Shown here piece by piece: positions 15,708 to 20,000 of a stretch of 20,000 nucleotides of DNA. The stretch comes from an uncultured virus (IMG/VR IMGVR_UViG_3300025122_000011) (Duplodnaviria > Heunggongvirae > Uroviricota > Caudoviricetes), in IMG/VR virus record IMGVR_UViG_3300025122_000011. One strand, 5' to 3'. Both the position numbers and the translations under genes were made by a program. The notes under the pieces were generated by a model that did not search any database, had not been told where the DNA came from, and saw only the letters and a program-made list of their open reading frames with translations. Numbering within the stretch: position 1 is the stretch's first letter; each line of letters starts with the position of its first letter.

Positions 15708-16276
15708 TATAGATCACTCCCTAGTGCTGTTGCTATTTTAGATACTAAACTCTTTGCCACTACCCACGAACACTTCATCCCACGCGAAAGAGCCAGAATA
15801 TTTACTTTGCCACCAGACGTTAGAAACTTGTTGGACTCTAAAATCATGTCCAAGGCTTGTGATTCTTTATGCCCTAAGTTTACCCTAAGATCGTCAAAAT
15901 ACAAGTCTGAGAATGTCACATCATCGTATACCTGCTGATCTACATGCTTGTAATCCATTGAGAATGTCTTCTTCAACATTGGAATCTTTTTGCTGATCTT
16001 TTTACCTCTGTTGTTTTTTGAATGCCACAAACACGTCTTTGTATATTTATCAAAGAGTGGGTTTTCCCACATCTCACTAAAGGTTTGCCCAGTCTTGCGG
16101 TGGAAGCCGTTGATACTTTCTATTGCAGCTAAGCACAGTTCAGCATAGTTATCCTCAAGGTTAGCCACAGCGTTATCACCTGATATTCGTCTAGTGATGG
16201 AGTGCATAAGCCTACCATACTGTTCTTCATACTGTTCCCACTGTGCGGCAGTTACATCTAGTGTTACTTTATGCAT
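15707..16276 (-). CDS. sigma70/ECF-like RNA polymerase sigma factor (divergent)
   Basis: Region-2-like 'YGRLMHSITRRI...LEDNYAELCLAAIESINGF...FDKYTKTCLW' and C-terminal HTH-like 'NILALSRGMKCSWVVAKSLV'. Confidence 0.6.
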   Translation of the reverse strand: MHKVTLDVTAAQWEQYEEQYGRLMHSITRRISGDNAVANLEDNYAELCLAAIESINGFHRKTGQTFSEMWENPLFDKYTKTCLWHSKNNRGKKISKKIPMLKKTFSMDYKHVDQQVYDDVTFSDLYFDDLRVNLGHKESQALDMILESNKFLTSGGKVNILALSRGMKCSWVVAKSLVSKIATALGSDL

Positions 16277-16554
16277 TAGTTCTCGTCCTCTTCGGGGAAA
16301 GTATCTACAAGCTTATTGAGATACCACTGAGCCTTCTTGAGATCTTCTTCAAACTTCTCTTTATAATTACATCGCATAGTATACTTTAAAATGTTACCTA
16401 AAAGGTACCCCTGGAATTGTTCAGGACTGAGCTTCGATTCAATAACCTTGACAGCTTCATGCCCTCCCATTGTGTAATGGTCAGGAGAATTTACATTATC
16501 TTCAGACATGGGCAGGTAGAAGTCTAAACCTAAGGGGTGATTTGATTTCTTCAT
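16276..16554 (-). CDS. DUF3310 family protein
   Basis: 'DNVNSPDHYT.GGHE...GYLLGNILKY..R...K...EDLKKAQWYLNKL'. Confidence 0.9.
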   Translation of the reverse strand: MKKSNHPLGLDFYLPMSEDNVNSPDHYTMGGHEAVKVIESKLSPEQFQGYLLGNILKYTMRCNYKEKFEEDLKKAQWYLNKLVDTFPEEDEN

Positions 16555-16817
16555 TTTTCTAATTCTCCCTCCCAGAAAGTAATACCATCCTGATACTGCA
16601 TATGGTAAACAATTGAATCACTGATAACTGCTACGGTATCATCTGATCCTCCATTTTGGTGTATGGCTAAAATAGCTTCAACACGATTAATATCTCTCTG
16701 CACTGCTCTACGACAATACTTCCACTTAGTAGTCTTCTTCCTACATTGAGCCTGGGAGAGTATGTTGATGAGCTTTGTGCGGATCTCTACCAAAGTCTTC
16801 TCTGCGTCACTTATCAT
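16551..16817 (-). CDS. hypothetical protein
   Basis: 88 aa, ATGA overlap. Confidence 0.65.
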   Translation of the reverse strand: MISDAEKTLVEIRTKLINILSQAQCRKKTTKWKYCRRAVQRDINRVEAILAIHQNGGSDDTVAVISDSIVYHMQYQDGITFWEGELEK

Positions 16818-16819
16818 AA

Positions 16820-16914
16820 TGGTCCTGCCCCACGGGAACTATCCGTGAATGTTACTCGATTTACTTTTCCAAGCCGTAACTAAACAGTTGAGAAACACCT
16901 GACAACAGGGCAGG
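16820..16914 (-). ncRNA. tRNA-like RNA with encoded CCA but no canonical anticodon arm
   Basis: Acceptor CCTGCCC/GGGCAGG + ACCA; T-like arm CACGG-ATAGTTC-CCGTG; fills the intergenic gap almost exactly. Confidence 0.7.
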
Positions 16915-16915
16915 C

Positions 16916-17233
16916 CTATTCATCATACTCTGTAATGAGAGAAGTATGATCCCATTTCTCCCACAACTCGGGAAGATTCTTCTCTACCCATGAAATATAG
17001 TCTTCACTAGGATTCCACAGATAATACACAGACCCACTACTGGTGGTAATAAGTCTTCCCGAATCATTCACTTTTACAAAGTGTGAAGTGGTAATCTCAT
17101 CACCATCTTCAAACTTATCACTGTTATATACTTTGCCGTGCAATGATAGCTTTATAGTTTCAGGAGCAGCGTAAGGATTTTGGGGAGGTCTGGCTACCAC
17201 AGCCCAGTCACGTAAAATTACTTTATTCATCAC
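16916..17233 (-). CDS. hypothetical phage protein
   Basis: 105 aa, 'PYAAPE...LHGKVY...FEDGDEITTS...TSSGSVYYL'. Confidence 0.75.
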   Translation of the reverse strand: MMNKVILRDWAVVARPPQNPYAAPETIKLSLHGKVYNSDKFEDGDEITTSHFVKVNDSGRLITTSSGSVYYLWNPSEDYISWVEKNLPELWEKWDHTSLITEYDE

Positions 17234-17388
17234 TTACTTATTCTTCTGGAGTTTTTATCCTTCAAAAAAATGTAGCCCTTACCTTTGCCATGCTTGAGGT
17301 CTCTTTTACCTCGCACAGACCCTTTACGGCCAGTAGCTTTATTGCTTTTGTTCTTTAGATGTTTATTTGGTTTCTGCTTTAGACTCAT
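17230..17388 (-). CDS. small very basic protein
   Basis: MSLKQKPNK...; start re-assigned (AGGA SD); the longer ORF overlaps the RNA gene. Confidence 0.6.
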   Translation of the reverse strand: MSLKQKPNKHLKNKSNKATGRKGSVRGKRDLKHGKGKGYIFLKDKNSRRISK

Positions 17389-17403
17389 AATTTTATTCCT
17401 AAA

Positions 17404-17515
17404 TGGTGGAGGTGGCGACATCGAAATCGCGTCTTACTAAAAACCCTTTAGTTGCAAGCGCAGTTTATCGGGCTGGTCTTTCACCTGTTCTAGCAATCGA
17501 ATCCATTTCACCCCC
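17404..17515 (-). ncRNA. minimal tmRNA-like RNA (tRNA-like domain with vestigial interior)
   Basis: 5' GGGGGTGAAATGGATTCGA...GACGCGATTTCGATGTCGCCACCTCCACCA 3'; G3:U70, discriminator A, P2-like helix; only 112 nt. Confidence 0.85.
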
Positions 17516-17516
17516 G

Positions 17517-17897
17517 TTATATATCCTCCTTAAGATCTTCTTCCCATTCATTACTCTCCCTCCAAAGTATATCAGCTTCCAACTCTATCTCATCGAGTGC
17601 CTTACTCAAAAAAGACTCCACATCTTCTTCTCCCGTCCAATCAAAATATTGGGATTCACAATCTATATCGCTTCCCTCTACTATACTGCCTACTGCCAAG
17701 CCAGACTCAGTAAACTGAATCCACGCCCCACAAGCAGTTCCCTTGAACAGAGCCTTTTGGATCCTGTGGACAGGGCATCCTTTTTCTAGGCCAAAATAAA
17801 CTGCAACTCGATCCGTAAGGTCTTCGCCCATGGCTCGCTGTTCCTCACCGTGTTCGTAAGGATCCCACGCTTCAGACGGACAGGGTATATGGGTCAT
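17517..17897 (-). CDS. acidic hypothetical protein
   Basis: 126 aa, AAGGAG SD, first gene after promoter. Confidence 0.8.
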   Translation of the reverse strand: MTHIPCPSEAWDPYEHGEEQRAMGEDLTDRVAVYFGLEKGCPVHRIQKALFKGTACGAWIQFTESGLAVGSIVEGSDIDCESQYFDWTGEEDVESFLSKALDEIELEADILWRESNEWEEDLKEDI

Positions 17898-17955
17898 TAT
17901 TCTAATTCTCCTTGTTGGGCATCGAACAGCCTCAGAACTTGAGGCTCGTCCACCT

Positions 17956-17983
17956 ATTATAGACTATTTTTCGAGTCTGTCAA
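17956..17983 (-). promoter_or_regulatory. consensus sigma70 promoter of same family as early promoters
   Basis: TTGACA-GACTCGAAAAATAGTC(16)-TATAAT on - strand; leader hairpin AGCCTCA-AGTTC-TGAGGCT. Confidence 0.85.
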
Positions 17984-18101
17984 TCCCCTGCGCCAAACAA
18001 ATGCTGCCAAGTGAAGGCAGGGGGCGTTGGGCCGTGAGACCTTAGGGATATCATGCTTTTGTGTTTTTAGTTATGCAACTCAATGTAATATAAAAATGAT
18101 C

Positions 18102-19379
18102 CTAATACAGTCTCGTAAGAGCAGGATTACCTCTACCCTTGGAGCGGTCACACTGGAAGTATGCCCAAGGGAATTTACCAAAACTGTTATTGATTGTGGA
18201 TACTAATAGGTCAGGATCTCCATCCCCATCGAAGTCTCCACTAGCCGCAAACGTAACCTTAGCCCATGTATTCAATTTGTTCGGAATGTAAAAGACTTGC
18301 CTATAAGCCCTACTTTCAGAAGGGTCTCCAATATACAGCATATTTCCTGCGTAGCCGGGGTGCCCTACTGCATCCACTGATACAACAATCTCTTCTTTCC
18401 CATCTCCGTCATAGTCTGCTGTAGCTTCTGCCCACACAAAAGCATTACCTAGGTGCAGCCACTCACCTGTAGTTCCAAGCCATGGAGCAGGGACATTTAG
18501 CCCAAAGAGAGCAGCGTCTCCTGTTCTAAGTAAAAACATAGGAACCTTACCAACAGGGAAGATACTGAAAGTGCCATAAGCAACTCCACCATATGATTTC
18601 TGCTGTGGGTCAAGCTTCATATTTGGCCCCTTCTGAGCCCAGATACTACTGTGCTTTGTAGGGGGATCATCCCCCTTCACAATAAGAGTTCCAAACCCTC
18701 CATTGAAATCCTTCTCCCCTGCACTTAAAAAAGCTTGATAGTCGTTCTTTCCTGGGTGTAGAGCACCCTCGCACTTCACTAAATCCACAATTACAGAGTT
18801 ATTTACTGGTTGACCTGGGATAGGTTTGAGTGTGAGAAGCTTATGCCAACCCTTATCAGACTGCAATACGCCTGTCATTAGCTTGCCTAAACGTTGATCT
18901 GTTTGGCCCCACATAACCATCAGATCTTTATGTCCATCACCGTCAATATCTTTATGATAGGGCGTGAATCTTAGTGTGTTGATTAGTCCGTTAGCGACCT
19001 GAGGAACAGTAAAATTACGCACAAACTTCCAGCTATTATTGGGAGTTTCAAATTTGTAAATATCGATGTAAGTAGCTCCCTGTGTTTCGCTAGGAACCCA
19101 TAGGTATCCATCAAAGAACACGGAAAGATCTAACATGCTACCAAAGTGTGTGCCAATACTATTGACAGTTTCACTTAGGTAAGGTGATTTATTTGTCCCC
19201 AAGTAGGTGGAATTACCATACCACCCCCATGCAACAATATCATCCTTACCGTCCTTATTGAAATCCCCAACAGTGGTAAGAGATGGTCCCTCATTTTTCA
19301 AAGGGTTCGGAATTTGTCCTTTTACAGCAAATCCACACAAACTAACTAAAAACAACACGCTTGCGAAGAACCGTTTCAT
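18102..19379 (-). CDS. secreted FG-GAP/VCBS-repeat protein
   Basis: N-terminal signal peptide; repeats GDFNKDGKDD, DIDGDGHKDL, DYDGDGKEEI, GDFDGDGDPDL. Confidence 0.85.
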   Translation of the reverse strand: MKRFFASVLFLVSLCGFAVKGQIPNPLKNEGPSLTTVGDFNKDGKDDIVAWGWYGNSTYLGTNKSPYLSETVNSIGTHFGSMLDLSVFFDGYLWVPSETQGATYIDIYKFETPNNSWKFVRNFTVPQVANGLINTLRFTPYHKDIDGDGHKDLMVMWGQTDQRLGKLMTGVLQSDKGWHKLLTLKPIPGQPVNNSVIVDLVKCEGALHPGKNDYQAFLSAGEKDFNGGFGTLIVKGDDPPTKHSSIWAQKGPNMKLDPQQKSYGGVAYGTFSIFPVGKVPMFLLRTGDAALFGLNVPAPWLGTTGEWLHLGNAFVWAEATADYDGDGKEEIVVSVDAVGHPGYAGNMLYIGDPSESRAYRQVFYIPNKLNTWAKVTFAASGDFDGDGDPDLLVSTINNSFGKFPWAYFQCDRSKGRGNPALTRLY

Positions 19380-19437
19380 GACCTTATATAGCCCTTACCA
19401 AGGGGAAAATTGAAAAATGGTAAAGGTCACGCAGGCA

Positions 19438-19511
19438 TGGTAGATCGTGTAGGAATCGAACCTACTTCAAACAGATTAGAAGTCCATTGGCCTAAATCCA
19501 TAGGACGATCC
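19438..19511 (-). tRNA. tRNA-Arg(TCT), atypical D-arm
   Basis: GGATCGT/ACGATCT+ACCA; anticodon arm ATGGA-CTTCTAA-TCTGT; T-arm GTAGG-TTCGATT-CCTAC. Confidence 0.8.
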
Positions 19512-19557
19512 ACAAGAGCCGTTTTACTTCATTCTACTCAGGAAGGATAGTATGAAA

Positions 19558-19632
19558 TGGAAAGCAAGGAAGGTAACGCTCCTTCTTCTTCGGGACCAAA
19601 ACCCGACGTAATAGCTTCTATACTACTCGCTC
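19558..19632 (-). tRNA. tRNA-Gln(TTG), atypical T-loop
   Basis: GAGCGAG/CTTGCTT+TCCA; anticodon arm TCGGG-TTTTGGT-CCCGA; T-arm GAAGG-AGCGTTA-CCTTC. Confidence 0.75.
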
Positions 19633-19638
19633 AAAAGT

Positions 19639-20000
19639 TTAGCGTCGATGCTGGCGACGACGACTCTTATACATACGATTAGCCTTATGACAACGGGAAC
19701 GGGAACGAATGCTTCCGCGAACCCTATCCTTGATACTCCTGCGACCCTGGAATCTGCCGCTTTTATTAGTACGACCCCAACTCTTCCTACGGCTGCTAGA
19801 ACCCTTTCGGCTAGAACCCTTTCGGAGGCTGCTAAAGCTCTTTCGGCTAGAACCCTTTCGGCTAGAACCCTTTCGGCTAGAACCCTTTCGGAGGCTGCTA
19901 AAGCTCTTTCGGCTAGAACCCTTTCGGCTAGAACCCTTTCGGCTAGAACCCTTTCGGCTAGAACCCTTTCGGCTAGAACCCTTTCGGCTAAAGCTCTTTC
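19639..20000 (-). CDS. protamine-like Arg/Lys/Ser-rich repeat protein, C-terminal part (start outside window)
   Basis: Open frame ...KSFSRKGSSRKGSS...RRSIKDRVRGSIRSRSRCHKANRMYKSRRRQHRR* with TAA at 19641-19639. Confidence 0.7.
   Translation of the reverse strand, partial: KSFSRKGSSRKGSSRKGSSRKGSSRKGSSRKSFSSLRKGSSRKGSSRKGSSRKSFSSLRKGSSRKGSSSRRKSWGRTNKSGRFQGRRSIKDRVRGSIRSRSRCHKANRMYKSRRRQHRR
19795..20000. repeat. 15-bp coding tandem repeat
   Basis: GCTAGAACCCTTTCG and variant GCTAAAGCTCTTTCG, with occasional in-frame 6-bp insertions. Confidence 0.95.

Noticed and set aside
17403..17789. 128-aa + strand ORF
   Set aside because: Antisense to the mini-tmRNA and to a better supported - strand gene
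17985..18060. GC-rich stems upstream of the - strand promoter
   Set aside because: Only short alternative pairings; insufficient support for a discrete RNA
1..20000. Stop-codon reassignment
   Set aside because: Genes are intact in the standard code; TAG, TAA and TGA all end genes at sensible positions; no suppressor tRNA seen

Overview
This 20-kb window looks like part of a large lytic (jumbo-type) phage genome. The host may be Planctomycetota/PVC, inferred from the HEAT-repeat, FG-GAP and secreted-type proteins. It has three blocks. (1) 1-5200: a HEAT-repeat protein, an internally deleted IscA/HesB gene, hypotheticals, and an AT-rich GT2 glycosyltransferase flanked by direct repeats. (2) 5400-13610: a + strand early-gene region of about 23 small ORFs. 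It is driven by 11 sigma70-type promoters with an invariant 16-bp spacer, most firing leaderless mRNAs. Six copies of a ~63-bp hairpin-plus-palindrome (TAAG-N17-CTTA) element cut it into ~1- or ~2-kb modules, and it holds several unannotated structured RNAs. (3) 13950-20000: a - strand block with a sigma-factor-like gene, DUF3310, an FG-GAP protein, two atypical tRNAs (Arg-TCT, Gln-TTG) and a protamine-like RKGSS-repeat protein. The most striking signal is a set of non-canonical tRNA-mimic RNAs. These are a 112-nt mini-tmRNA with an Ala G3:U70 acceptor and almost no mRNA domain, a second tmRNA-like 108-nt RNA beginning exactly at a predicted promoter +1, a 95-nt CCA-ended RNA without a normal anticodon arm, and a cluster of small RNAs, two ending in ACCA. 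All calls were made by eye, with no database searches or folding software.
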